NCBI GenBank assembly: GCA_964016885.1
Contig: OZ024743.1
Coordinates: 323,082,001-323,146,000 of the forward strand
Source of the DNA: Eledone cirrhosa
Lineage: Eukaryota
DNA length: 64,000 bases
Reading direction: 5' to 3'
Shown here: positions 36,316 to 50,568 of the stretch, piece by piece
How positions within the stretch are numbered: the stretch's first letter is position 1
Layout: each line of letters opens with the position of its first letter
Position numbers and translations under genes: made by a program
The notes under the pieces: generated by a model
What the model was told of the DNA's origin: nothing
What the model saw: only the letters and a program-made list of their open reading frames with translations
The model's database searches: none

Positions 36316-36920
36316 TCAGGTCACCAGTTGGTGCTACTGGTAACATGTATTCCAGTACAACCTGTCCCATGGTCAGGTCGTTGGCGACTAAACTGGCAAC
36401 CCCACCAAGGTTTCTTGGTGAGGAGGGTGACTTTGGACATCCTGCAGGACTAAAAACAAAACCTGTCAAAGGGCAAAGGAGCTCTTAAGAGTCAATGGCC
36501 ATCCAAAATCACCGGGAGAGAAGACCCCTTAGCCTTTGTCAAGGCAGAATTCTAGGAGAAGGAAAACTCTGATATCACACCTGCAACCCTGATGATATCC
36601 AATGATGTTGACTTGTTCTTCTTTTTGGTAAATATCATCTTGGTTAAGAGAGTGGGACTTTGTGCAGTGCCTTTGCTCACTATAAAAACTTCACAGCACA
36701 GGCATTGCTTTATATCTGGAGATCCCTCTGCACTTGTCGTCACATGGTACCATGGGCCCAGCACTATGTGTCAATAATTGTCACATGTGTAGTGTTTGTA
36801 CCAGAGTTTTCAAGTCGCTGGCCGGACTGAAAAGTCACACTCGTTCAGCGCATCGGTAGGGGCCCTCCTACATGGATATAAAGTAGTGGCCGTACTCGAA
36901 AACGAGTTGGCAGCCACCAT
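36316..36920 (+). mobile_element. Short internally deleted RTE/BovB-like element (5' UTR-like part joined to the 3' end)
   Basis: CTAGGAGAAGGAAAACTCTGA RTE-5'UTR-like motif; residual C-terminal C2H2 finger [23 protein letters not shown]; 3' stem-loop GTGGC..ACTCG AAAA CGAGT..GCCAC. Confidence 0.7.
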
Positions 36921-37064
36921 ATGTATATATATATGTATATATATATGTATATATATATGTATATATATATGTATATATATATGTGTATATATATATGTAT
37001 ATATATATGTGTATATATATATGTATATATATGTATATGTATATGTATATATATGTATGTATAT

Positions 37065-37096
<32 letters not shown>

Positions 37097-37202
37097 GTAT
37101 GTATATGTATATATATATATATATGTATGTATATGTATATATATATATATATGTATGTATATGTATATATATATATATATATATGTATGTATATGTATAT
37201 AT

Positions 37203-37236
<34 letters not shown>

Positions 37237-37275
37237 ATGTAAATGTATATATATATATATATATGTATGTATATG

Positions 37276-37308
<33 letters not shown>

Positions 37309-37427
37309 GTATGTATATGTATATATATGTATATGTATATGTATGTATATGTATATATATATATATGTATGTATATGTATATATATGTATGTATATGTAT
37401 ATATATGTATGTATATGTATGTATATG

Positions 37428-37465
<38 letters not shown>

Positions 37466-37491
37466 AATATGTATATATATATGTATATATG

Positions 37492-37522
<31 letters not shown>

Positions 37523-37755
37523 GTATGTATATGTATATATATGTATATATATATATAAATATGTATATATATATGTATATATATGTATATATATATATAA
37601 ATATGTATATATATATGTATATATGTATGTATATATATATATATATGTATATATATATGTATATATGTATGTATATATATATATATATGTATATATATAT
37701 GTATATATGTATGTATATATATATATATATGTATATATATATGTATATATGTATG

Positions 37756-37787
<32 letters not shown>

Positions 37788-38293
37788 TATATATATATAT
37801 GTATATATATATGTATATATGTATGTATATATATATGTATATATATATGTATATATATATGTATATATATATGTATATATGTATGTATATATGTATGTAT
37901 ATATATATGTATATATATATGTATATATATATGTATATATATATGTATATATATATGTATATATATATGTATATATATATGTATATATATATGTATATAT
38001 ATATGTATATATATATGTATATATATATGTATATATATATGTATATATATATGTATATATGCATATATATATGTATATATGCATATATATATGTATATGC
38101 ATATATATATGTATATGTATATATATATGTATATATGTATATATGCATATATATATGTATATATATATGTATATATATATGTATATATATATGTATATAT
38201 ATATGTATATATGTATATATATATGTATATATGTATATATATATGTATGTATATATGTATATATATATGTATGTATGTATGTATATATATATG

Positions 38294-38324
<31 letters not shown>

Positions 38325-38521
38325 ATATATATATGTATGTATGTATATATATATATGTATGTATATATGTATGTATGTATATATATATATGTATGTATAT
38401 ATATATGTATGTATATGTGTATATATATATGTATATGTATATGTGTATATATATATGTATAAATGTATATGTGTATATATATATGTGTATATATATATGT
38501 GTATATATATATGTGTATATG

Positions 38522-38553
<32 letters not shown>
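36921..38553. repeat. (TA)n/(TG) microsatellite
   Basis: Direct reading. Confidence 0.97.
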
Positions 38554-38555
<2 letters not shown>

Positions 38556-40646
38556 ACTCTTTTACTCTTTTACCTGTTTCAGCCATCCGGCTGAGGCCAT
38601 GCTGGGGCGCCGCCCTTGTTGCTACACATTTTATCTCCAGCCTGTATAGGTTGGCCACTGGTGTAAGAGGGGGTTTGTTGCTGCTGCCCTTAGGTTTCCC
38701 TCGTGTCTTGCTGTGGACTCATCCGGGGTCCTGGATAACAAGGTGTCGAGATGTTTCTTGAAGACACCCACCTTCACGTCATGCAAGTCTCTCAGATCCC
38801 TCGGCAGCCTGTTGAAGAGTTGAGGGCCCTTGAATCCCAGGCAATTGCGATACCTGCTCCTTATTCTAGATGTGGAAGACGGGACCTTTGGCACCACACA
38901 ATGACGTCCTGTTTGACGGTTGGTCCAGCTCTCAATGCCAAAGTTTGGTGCTAGTTCCTCCAGGATTTTCCACATGTAGATCACTGCGTATCTCTCCCGT
39001 CTTCACTCCAGGGAGTAGAAGTTCAGTTCCTTTAGCCTCTCCCAGTAGCTTGTCCCCCTCATCTTGGCAATCCTCTTGGTGTAGCTTCGCTGGATTGCCT
39101 CAAGCTCCGCGGTTAGTTTGACACTATGGGGTGATACAACTGGCAGCAGTAGTCCAGGCGGCTTAGGACAAATGTCCTCCATAGTGTCAACATGGTGTCT
39201 CGATCTCTTGTCCGGAAAGTCCTCAAGATCCAGCCAGCGAGTCGTCTGCACATTGTCGCCACTTTCATGATGTGTGAAGAAAAGTATGCATCATCACTCA
39301 TGTCTATGCCCAGGTCTCGTATCGATTTTGACACGGGGATATCGGTCCCTCCTGGTCCTGTGTAGTTGTGTTCCACTATATTTGTGTTTGCAGTTTTGTT
39401 TGGAGGTTTGTACTGTAGGGCTTGGAATTTGCCAGCATTAAACTGCATGTTGTTTTCTTCCGCCCATTTGTATATGGCATCCAGATCCTGCTGTAAAAGG
39501 GCAGCGTTATCCGTGTTTTTGATTGCCTGTGCTACCTTAGTGTCATCAGCATAGCTAGTGAGGGATGTTGTTGTATGCACTACAGAGGGCATGTCTGAGA
39601 GAGCCACCAAAAACATTAGTGGTCCCAGGACTGTCCCTTGGGGCACCCCACTTGTTATTGGTGTTTCCCTTGAGAGGGCCCCATTTGCTGCGACTGCCTG
39701 GCTTCTGTCCCTTAGGAAGCCATGCAGCCACTCACCTTCTTTTCCAGTTATGCCGAGTCCGTGTAGTTTGTGACATATCATTCCGTGGTCGACCTTGTCA
39801 AAGGCCTTCGCAAAGTCAAGATATATCACGTCCACATGAGAGCTGTCTAGTAGTTGTCTCAGTACCCAGTCGTAGTGATGTAGCAGCTGTGTAAGGCAGC
39901 TTCTTCCTGGGCGGAAGCCATGATGCATGCTAGTCAGGCGGTCATTTTCCACGAGGAAAGTGATCAGTTTCTTTCTGACGACTCGCTCCATGACCTTACT
40001 GATATGCGACGTCAGGGAAACTGGCCTATAGTTTTTGGCCTCCGCTCTGCTACCTCCTTTATGGATAGGGCATATTGTGCCTTCTTTCAGCTCCCTGGGT
40101 AGTACACCGCTAGCCAAGGAGCTTCTGAAGAGCATCTTCAGTGGAGTTGCTAAGGCCCGCTTACATATTTTTAAGAGAACTGCTGGGGATCCATCAGGTC
40201 CAGCAGCCGAGTCTGTTCTAATTTCATCAATGGCGTACACCACATCCTCCTCCGTTATGTCTATGTGGTTGATGGTTACCATTTGTTGATGTAGTGTTGT
40301 GGCATCAAAGAACTCCTCTGGCTTCGTTATTTGCATGTGCCTCAGTGGACATGTGAACACACTTTTGTACTGTTCGTTCAGTATTTCACATATCTCTTGG
40401 GGGTTTCGGTTAAGGAACCGTCCGTGTGGAAGAGTGGCCCAATCTTGCAGTGTACTGAGGCAGTTTCTTTTGCAAATTTAAAGAAGGCCTTAGGGTTTGT
40501 TTTAATGTTTTCTATGGCCCTGTTCTCTTTCTTTGCCCTCTCATTCTTATGGGAAAGTTTGAGTGCAATCTCGGTGTCAAGTAGTGCACGTTTCAAATAC
40601 GATTCCTTCTTGTTTTTGTTTTGTTGACTATTCAACTGGTTTGAGA

Positions 40647-40648
<2 letters not shown>
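38554..40648 (-). mobile_element. 5'-truncated, frameshifted CR1-group LINE family 2
   Basis: NPKAFFKF, AAGPDG, NYRPVSLTS, YLDFAKAFD, VPQGTVLGP, YADD, RDLGI, FYSLE; (GTAAAAGA)n tail. Confidence 0.93.
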
Positions 40649-42367
<1,719 letters not shown>

Positions 42368-44886
42368 CTAGCAGAAGTACCCGGCGTTGCCCGGGTGTAA
42401 GTCGACCTTTGGTCTGTTAGAATGTGTGAAAGTTACTTCCCGCGCATCACAGGTTCAAAACTTCGAACTTCAATGAAAAAAAATAGGTTAGTAGACACAG
42501 GTTTGTAATTTATTAATTGTAGTTACAGTGTATCGTTGAAATTGTTCTCTGCACGACTGACGGAAGTCAAAATCGCTTGATATTGAATGTTCAGTTAATT
42601 TAAAGCAGGGTGAAAATGTCGATTACTTTCAGGGTTTTTATTTTTTACAAATTTTGCGCTCACGTGTGCAGAAGAAGAATTAAAAATGCCTTTATCTTAA
42701 CCGTGGCATAATGGCGAGTCTTTTGTGACAGTTTTCAAGAATATAGGGCGTTCCTGTAAAAAGTTTTCCCATGTGTAACTTTGCCTTGTTTTTTTTGCGC
42801 AAAGTCGAGCCCCGCGTCAGTTTTATTGATTTTTTTTTACATCAATGCGTGATCTCTGAAGTAGATTTGAGTAGCTAAAAACTGTCCCGGTAAATTTGCT
42901 ATAGGTGAAAAAAAGTTGATCAAAATTGTATCTCGGGTTATTGCCCTTTGCCACAGCCTCAAGCCTCGTCTGACGGGATGTTGGTGATTCCTCCGTCAGC
43001 GCTTGTTGGCGACGAAGGCGAACATCAGCAAGTCTTGTCGTACGTGATGTTGGTGACTCAACCAGCCGGGAAAGACGTCTATCAGCGAGTCGAGATTCGC
43101 GCTCAGCAGGTGTTTCCTAGAGAAAATTAATTAATTCTACTGGTTAGCTAAGCCAATGGCAGTGTCAATAGTAAATGAGAAAAGTCTAACATGAACAAAA
43201 GGCAATCAAGGTAAGACAATAAATTTAATATAACTACGATTAGAATGTTGTAGTTGCTTAAAAGTGGTCACAGTTAGGATAAACGCAGTACTTGCTAACA
43301 TTAAGGGAGAATATTGCATAAAGGATTAATCAATTGTGAATGAACTCATACCTGAGAACGCCTAATTCGTTGTCTCAAAGCAGTAGCTGTACCTTTTTTG
43401 GAGGTAAGTCTTGAACGTTTCTGTGTGGGCATAACAACGTGTAACGAAGCTGTTAGGTTAGAGAGAGGTGATTAAATACAGAGAGAGATGACACCAGATT
43501 CGTTAGCATGGTTACTGGTGAATGGGAAGGTTTGGAAATATGATTACAATAACTTACCGAATTTCCCGGTCTATAAATTGCACTTAAAATAATTAAATTT
43601 AATCAAAAAACAGCTCTGCGCTTTATACTCCGGTGAGCCTTATGTATAAATAATACAATGGTAATCAATCACGGCTCTAACAGAAGTAATAGATCTAGAC
43701 TAAAAGTAAAGAAGATAGCATTTTCCTGGTTGGCCTTACACGCCGTTGCGCGGACCTGATTTTAAATGATACGCCTTATATCCTGGTGAGCCTTATAGAG
43801 CGGAAAATATCTATTGGAAAAGAATACGAATTCATGACCAAGGTGTGACAAAATAGGCATCTATACAGTGCCTGAAACAAACTTGTCCAAAACCCTAGGA
43901 TTTTTCTCGTTAAGTATCCACCCAAAAGGAACCGATTTTTAGTTACAAAAAGTAACCAAAGTGTATAGTAGCTATATTTCTGACATATCATGCCAAAAAG
44001 AACAATATATTCAAAAAATGTTCTAAAGTACATTCAATCTCTCTTTTTGACCGATATCTTAATAAGCAAGTTATCGATTTTTTATTGGCTGTCAGTGTCT
44101 ATCTGCATGCAGGTGTGCACGTGTGCGCAATTAATTGCAAATACGCTCATAACATTTAGTCGTAAGCAGAACAAAAAATGCCATTAGAGGTGGGCTAATA
44201 ATGAAGACACAAACCCTGGTGAACTTACGTTTAAACACCCGAAAAGTTACTCACTTCCTGTGCAAAAGACTGTATTATAAATTAAGTAATTGTTTAGAAT
44301 CTTTTGTTTAAAAAAGGAAAACATTGGTACGACATAACATTTTTTACAACTTTGTATGTGTACAATACAACTTGGTCAACGCATTATTTAGTAATTTTTT
44401 TTTTCAAAAAGCATGATTATTTAAGACTGTTTGAAAATTTACTCACAGCTTTTAGCATCACAAAAGACACCATTAAATTTGGTTCCCTTTTCAGATAGGG
44501 ATAATACTGTATTTCCACTTGAATAAGGTGGAATATGAAAATATAAACTCTTTAATGGTCGGTCGTTTACTGAGACAGCTGGGAAGACATGCAGCTGGCC
44601 GTCCAATCAATAACGCACGTCCTTATATGGGCATATGAAATTTATTTTTATTGCGCCAGATGTAAACTAAGAGTTCTTGTGTTCGAATTCACATAAAATT
44701 TCATTGGAATCGAAAAACATTCTGTCATAGGGCCCGATTATCGATTTTTCGAAAATTTCAAGTAGCCTATTCCACTCTACGCGTTGATTTTTATATATGT
44801 GTGAGGTTTCATGAAAATTGGATGAACGGTGTAGCATGCAAGTTGGGAACACCAAACAATGTCCATCTTCCCTTTATATATATAGA
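42368..44886 (-). mobile_element. Non-autonomous Helitron, 2519 bp (copy 1)
   Basis: Minus strand 5' TCTATATATATAAA; 3' hairpin CCCGGGCAACGCCGGG followed by TACTTCTGCTAG; inserted between A and T; second copy at 57032-58890. Confidence 0.92.
43555..43812. mobile_element. Decayed pogo/Tc1-like MITE nested in the Helitron (also in copy 2 at ~57553-57810)
   Basis: Imperfect TIRs TACCGAATTTCCCGGTCTATAA / TTATAGAGCGGAAAATA; repeated GGTGAGCCTTAT motifs. Confidence 0.55.
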
Positions 44887-44894
44887 TATATATA

Positions 44895-45157
44895 CAGGGG
44901 CTTCGTTTGCCTTAAAAATGTGAGGGGGGACAAACCAACATTTGTTGATTCTTAAAGGAGCATAAATTACTCATAGTGCCTTTCCTGGACTCTATCACAA
45001 GTAAAATTTTCCGGTAGTTAAATTTAATATGTTCAAATGAAGTTCAGATATAAAAAAATAAGCTTAAAAAGAATTTATTATATCAAATAAACCAAAAATA
45101 AAACAGACGTTTGAAAAAGTGAGGGTACCCCCCCCCCCCGCCTAAAACAAGGCCCTT
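44895..45157. mobile_element. Probable MITE in a TA tract
   Basis: Imperfect TIRs CAGGGGCTTCGTTT / AAACAAGGCCCTT; duplicated GTGAGGG motif. Confidence 0.5.
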
Positions 45158-45435
45158 ATATATATATATATACAATAAAGTATGTCCATAGAATCATTTG
45201 ATAAAATATATACATTACTTCCTCTCCCAATCAGCATAATCAACCACACAAAAAACCAATTAAACAAGGCTATAAGATTAAAAGACACCTATGAAGAAAT
45301 AATAGATAAATAAACGACAGCTATCTATCCGCGATCAACAGCTATAGAATATTTACCCACCATTTCTAACAGCACGTGGAAATCGATTAAATATATCGTC
45401 AACCATACACAATTAGGTATAAAATCAAAGTTAGA

Positions 45436-47257
45436 AAATGAGGAAGGCTTCAGAATCCTGGAATTCTGTGACGCCAATAACCTAACTATCTGTAACACAA
45501 ACTTCAAAAACGTGAAAACCACTTGATCACCTATAGATCAGGGGAACCCGCCAGCCAGATAGATTATATCCTTACTAGAAGATGGGACAAAGTGTCTGTT
45601 GTAAACACTAAATCCCTCCCCCGTGAAGAATGCACCTCCCAATATAACCTAGTAGTTAGTGACCTCACAGTCAGGAATAGACGTACTCAACGACAGAGGA
45701 GGCCTACCTTGAGGAGAAGAATATGGAAGTTGAAGGACCCCATAGCCAGTGACAAATTAAAAAGCTTATTACTTGATGCCTTTGACAATAAGGAAGAGCA
45801 ATTAGAGACGTGCGATATAGAGGAACAGTGGCAATTCTTGAAAGTGAACATGCTGAAAGCAACGGATGAAATCTGTGGCTGGAGCAGACCTATTGGCAGG
45901 AGGAGAGTAACTTGGTGGTGGAACAGTAATGTAGAAGAGACAATCAAGGCCAAAAAGCAGGCTTGGAAAGTATGGCAGGATGGGGGAAGTAGAAAGCACT
46001 ATCAAGTGGCCAGGAGAAAAGCTAGGAGACAAGTGTACCTTGCAAAAAAGGGAAGCAGAGGAAAGAAAGTTCAAGCATGTTCTACAATGTGAGGACCAAA
46101 TACACGAGGTGTTCAGGGTTGCTAGACAATGTGTCAAGGAAAACCGTGATATTGTCGGGGAGAAGTGTGTCCGTAATGATAACGGTGTACTTGCCCTCAC
46201 TGATGCTGATAAGAAGATAGCCTGGCAGTGTCACTACGAGAGACTATTAAATGAGGAGAATAAGTGGGAAAAAGATAGTCTGCCCTAAATCGATCCAATA
46301 GAAGGACCAGCGGTACAAGTTAAAGGTAGTATAATAAGTAAGGCAATCAAAGATATTAAGACAGGCAAGGCAGCTGGGTCCTCGGAGATAGTTCCTGAGA
46401 TGTTGAAGGCTTCTGGTATGGTGGGACACACTATGGTCACCCGTATAGTTAACCAAGTAATACAGAATGGGGCCATACCGAAAGACTGGCGTAGCAGCAT
46501 CATCATTAACTGCTACAAAGGTAAAGGAGATGCTCTAGATAGAGGAAACTATAGAGACATTAAGTTAGTTGACCAGGTCATGAGGGTCACAGAAAGAGTT
46601 ATAGCGCAACTAATCAGAGAGTGAATTGATCTAGATGAAATGCAGTTTGGGTTTGTGTCAGATAAAAGTACCACAGACGCTCTTTTCCTTGTACGACAAC
46701 TACAAGAGAAGTACCTAGCTAAAAGTAAACCCCTCTACTTAGCTTTTGTAGACCTGCCGTTGACAGAGTCCTCCGCTCCATTATCTGGTGGGCTCTTAGA
46801 AAACTAGGTGTAGATCAATGGCTTGTGAGAGCTATACAAGCTATGTATAATGAAACAGTCAGTAAGGTTAACAATGAATATTGTGAAGAATTTAGTGTAA
46901 AAGTTGGTGTTCACCAAGGCTCTGTCCTTAGCCCCCTCCTATTTATTATTGCCCTTCAGGCTATAACAGAGGAGTTCAAGACCGGCTGCCCATGGGAACT
47001 CCTACACGCAGATGACCTAACGCTCATAGCTGAATCAATGGCTGAACTAGAAAAGAAATTCCAAACATGGAAGCATGGCCTAGAATCAAAAGGCCTTAAA
47101 GTTAACTTGTCTAAGACTAAGTTTGTAGAAAGGAAAATAAGGGACAGGTACCCTCATGGAAATGGCCTTGCTCAGTGTGTAGGAAAGGAGTAGGCAGAAA
47201 TTCCATTTTATGTCCCAAATGCAAAGTATGGGTACATAAAAGATGTAGTGAGATCAT
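45436..47257 (+). mobile_element. Decayed RTE LINE (APE C-terminus to PHD insert), truncated at both ends
   Basis: NEEGFRILEFCDANNLTICNT, ITYRSG..SQIDYIL, TWWWN, HADD; several stops and frameshifts. Confidence 0.94.
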
Positions 47258-48963
47258 GAGTTAAGAAATTCTGTGGGGTAATTAACGACTTCGTCCGGAT
47301 CAGCCATAGAGTCAAGGGACTTGTAGACATGCAGGTTTCCAGGCAAGCACAGCATGAGCTGTTCATTGATGCTTCCAACTATGTGGTTTTTCGAAGCCAA
47401 TATTGCGCGTTCACACAACCACTCTTGATTTGTGTAGTTCTCCTCAAGATTAGGAAAAACAGACGTCCGTAACTCAGCAATAGACTTAACGCATCTGCAA
47501 ATCCCTGTGAGGTCCGCTGAACCATCTCCGTCGAGTGGGACTTTGCCATTTCCCAACAACAAAATGGCAGCAGCAAAACCCGCTGATGTCTCATCACCTT
47601 GCAGTTGTGCTCTTATGTTTGTTGTAAGCGTCAGCTTTCTTACATAATGCCAAAGTGGGGAGGCCTTAAGGCATGCACCAACCTCATCAGCCCGCATACC
47701 TTTTGGGATTACAGGCAGTCTGTCGGAAGTCCCCAGATAACAGGAAAGTGACACCTCCCATTGGTTCTTGACAGTCCCTGATGTCTGAGTGACCGGTCTA
47801 ATGCCTCGAAAGCCGCCCTGTGGGCCATTGTGCATTCGTTCCAAACAATTAGTAGGCAACGCTTTAACACCAGTGCTTTTCCGGAAGGCTTGCTGATTTT
47901 GCACATGGGTGTCTCAGATGATGCCACGTTGAGAGGAAGACTAAAGGCAGAATGGGCCGTCCTGCCAGCAGGCAGCAAAGTTACTGCAATGCCGGAAGAA
48001 GCCATGGCCAATGCGATGTTTCCGTGTTGCCTCACTGCAGAGAGTAAAAGTTTGATTACAAATGTTTTGCTCGTGCCTCCAGGTGCATCCAGGAAGAATA
48101 TACCCCCTCCCCGATTACGGATGGAATCAACGACAATGTTGTAGGCTTGTTTTTGATCCATTAGAAGTTTTGGTTCATTCTCTTCAACATACTTTTTGAG
48201 TTCGTCGACATCATATGACGTTTCACGTATAATGTCGTTGGGAATGTCAGATGACGCATCTCGAAGTGTTTGTGGAAGCCCATATTTCTCCAAGACATCT
48301 CCGCCCATTGAAGCCACTCTGTCTTCAATATTGATCAGAGCTCTGTTATATATAGCGTCTGAAAAGCCGACATCTAAGTTTTGAGATTGCAATTGAGCGA
48401 GAAGCCTATATTCGTCTGCGAAATCATCTTTAAACTTTTTCCATAAAGAGTAAGGATCCTTAATATAGTGAAACAACTTAAAACAACACGTATTTTTTTA
48501 ACGTTGAAAGTAGAACAGATTTTTTGTTTGTATCAACATGGCTTATGAAAGTAGCGATACCGACTTTCAAGTTTTTACACACGACGACATTCAAAATGAA
48601 CAAGAAACAAAAGATAATATTAGTGATTTATCTTCAAATGAATCAGATGTTTACATTTCTGAAATTTCAATTGACGATGGTTGTTGTTTTGAAAGTGAAA
48701 ACGAAGATCGAACGTAAACTTCAAAAGTTATCGGGTACTAATACAGTGTTAATGTGAACTTCAATAGATAAGTCGAAGGGAGAGGCTTAAGGGGGCTACC
48801 TGCCCCTGGGGGCCCCCACAATTGATGTACGGAAAAGTAAAATAGCCTACGACGTGTAATAGGACTTCAGAAACCTATGTATGAAATGGTGCAAATCGGT
48901 TGTAAAATGTAGAAATGCATGCAGTTACACAGACAGACATCTTCTGTTTTATATATATATAGA
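47256..48963 (-). mobile_element. Internally deleted, 3'-truncated Helitron with Pif1 helicase pseudogene (~47256-48470)
   Basis: FLDAPGGTSKTF, ASSGIA, GRTAHSAF, ERAILASKN, YPTEFLNS; 5' end TCTATATATATATAAAA at 48963. Confidence 0.9.
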
Positions 48964-49957
48964 CTAGCAGAAAACCACCCGGTGGGCGGTTTTCTGCTAG
49001 CAAATCTAGTGTATATACTGATATTGTTGAGATTTGGATGAGAAATGTTTTCGGCACCACATGTTCACCGTCTCTCGGTGTGTCTTTTATGCATATATAA
49101 ATATATATGTTATCTATACGGTGAAATCTTTGAAATAAATATATGTTAAAACAAAAAAGGAGAAAATAAATAACTGGCGGTTAGAAAAAAATATTCCTAT
49201 GAAATTTTAATCATACCATTAGGTGTGAATAAGGAAATATTTTTTTATTGTCAAAACAAATGTTCAAAAGTTAAACTTCAATTTTTTGAATTATTTCCAA
49301 TTTTTTCATGAAATTGAACACTGGACATTAGCTGCTGGAAATGGAAATTAAATCGTATTTAATTGTATTTAAATTTCTAACCTTATTTTATTATTTATAT
49401 TTTTTCAATAAGAAATTAAAAAAAACAACAAAAAAAATTGAAGAAAAAAATTGAACAAATCAAACGTAGGTTATGGAACTGCGCAATCTGATTAATAAAT
49501 TACCTCATCAGCAGCAACCTTCTTCAAATGGTCCTTATTATCAGCAGCAACAACCACAAATTCAATGCAACCTTCTTCGCATGGTGTCAAGTCAGAACCG
49601 CCTCGAACTGGTTACTTCTGGCTTGTGCAAGGTGTCTCTATAGCAACCAGCGATTTCCTCGGCCTCAGTGACCAAAGTCAGTGGAGAGGGGAAGGTAATA
49701 TTTCTATGGCACATGTTTTAGCGGCTATTCACTCTCTCTCTCTCCCTCCCGCTATCCCCCTCTCTCTCTCTCTCCCTCCCTCCCTCCCGCTATCCCCCTC
49801 TCTCTCTCTCCCTCTCTCCCTCCCGCCATCCCCCCTCTCTCTCTCCCTCTTCCCCTCCCGCTATCCCCCTCTTGTAGTCTGTTTCTTTCACTCTCTCTCT
49901 ACGCACGTGTTTCCACTGTCGGACAGACAGAAATTGCTGGTTATATATATAAGTAGA
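48964..49957 (-). mobile_element. Non-autonomous Helitron, 994 bp, with a CT-rich low-complexity block (~49730-49900)
   Basis: Minus strand 5' TCTACTTATATATATAA..CTGTCTGTC; 3' hairpin CCGCCC-ACC-GGGTGG followed by TTTTCTGCTAG. Confidence 0.8.
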
Positions 49958-50568
49958 TCATCATCATCATCATCATTGTTTAACGTCCATCTTCCACGCT
50001 AGCATGGGTTTGGACGGGAATTTTCCCACTTGGTTGTCTTGCTCGTATAGGACTGTCTGGCGGGTTTTCTACGGCTGGATGCCCTTCCTAACACCAACCA
50101 CGTTTACAGTGTGGACTGGGAGGTTTTTACCGTGTTACCTACACAGCCACATTACAGCCTGGACTGTGTGTTTTTTTTGTTGTGACACCTACACGACCTC
50201 ATTTATTTAGGACTGGATGTTGTGGTACCAACATAACTTTACATCGAGAGGGGTGGGGGTAGTGGGACGGGGGTATATTTGGGTAGGAGGTGCCTACTGA
50301 CTGTAGGTTTCACTTTGCACTTAGGCAAGTCGGGTCTTCTGTATTATTGCATAGCGCCAAAGATCTCGGTCCAGTGACATTGTCTTGGAGAGGTGTAAGT
50401 GTGTGAGGTCAGAATTTATCAAGTCATCCCAGGTCTTTTGGGGTCTGCCTACTCCGTGGCTACCGTCTATTTTGATCGCCCTGCACTTTTTTATACAGCT
50501 GTCGTCTTTCATGCGCATCACGTGACCGTACCAACGTAGTCTTCTCTCGAGTAAACATCTGATCCCTC
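49958..50568 (-). mobile_element. 3' end of RTE LINE (subfamily A-like)
   Basis: [12 protein letters not shown]...GRPQKTW, 3' UTR and (CAT)n. Confidence 0.93.

Noticed and set aside
36590-36640. CTGATGA as another hammerhead core
   Set aside because: No stem II, GAAA or stem III/NUH follows.
45175-45435. Possible decayed PLE RT fragment (SFDKIYTLLP...)
   Set aside because: Similarity is too short and interrupted by stops to support by eye.
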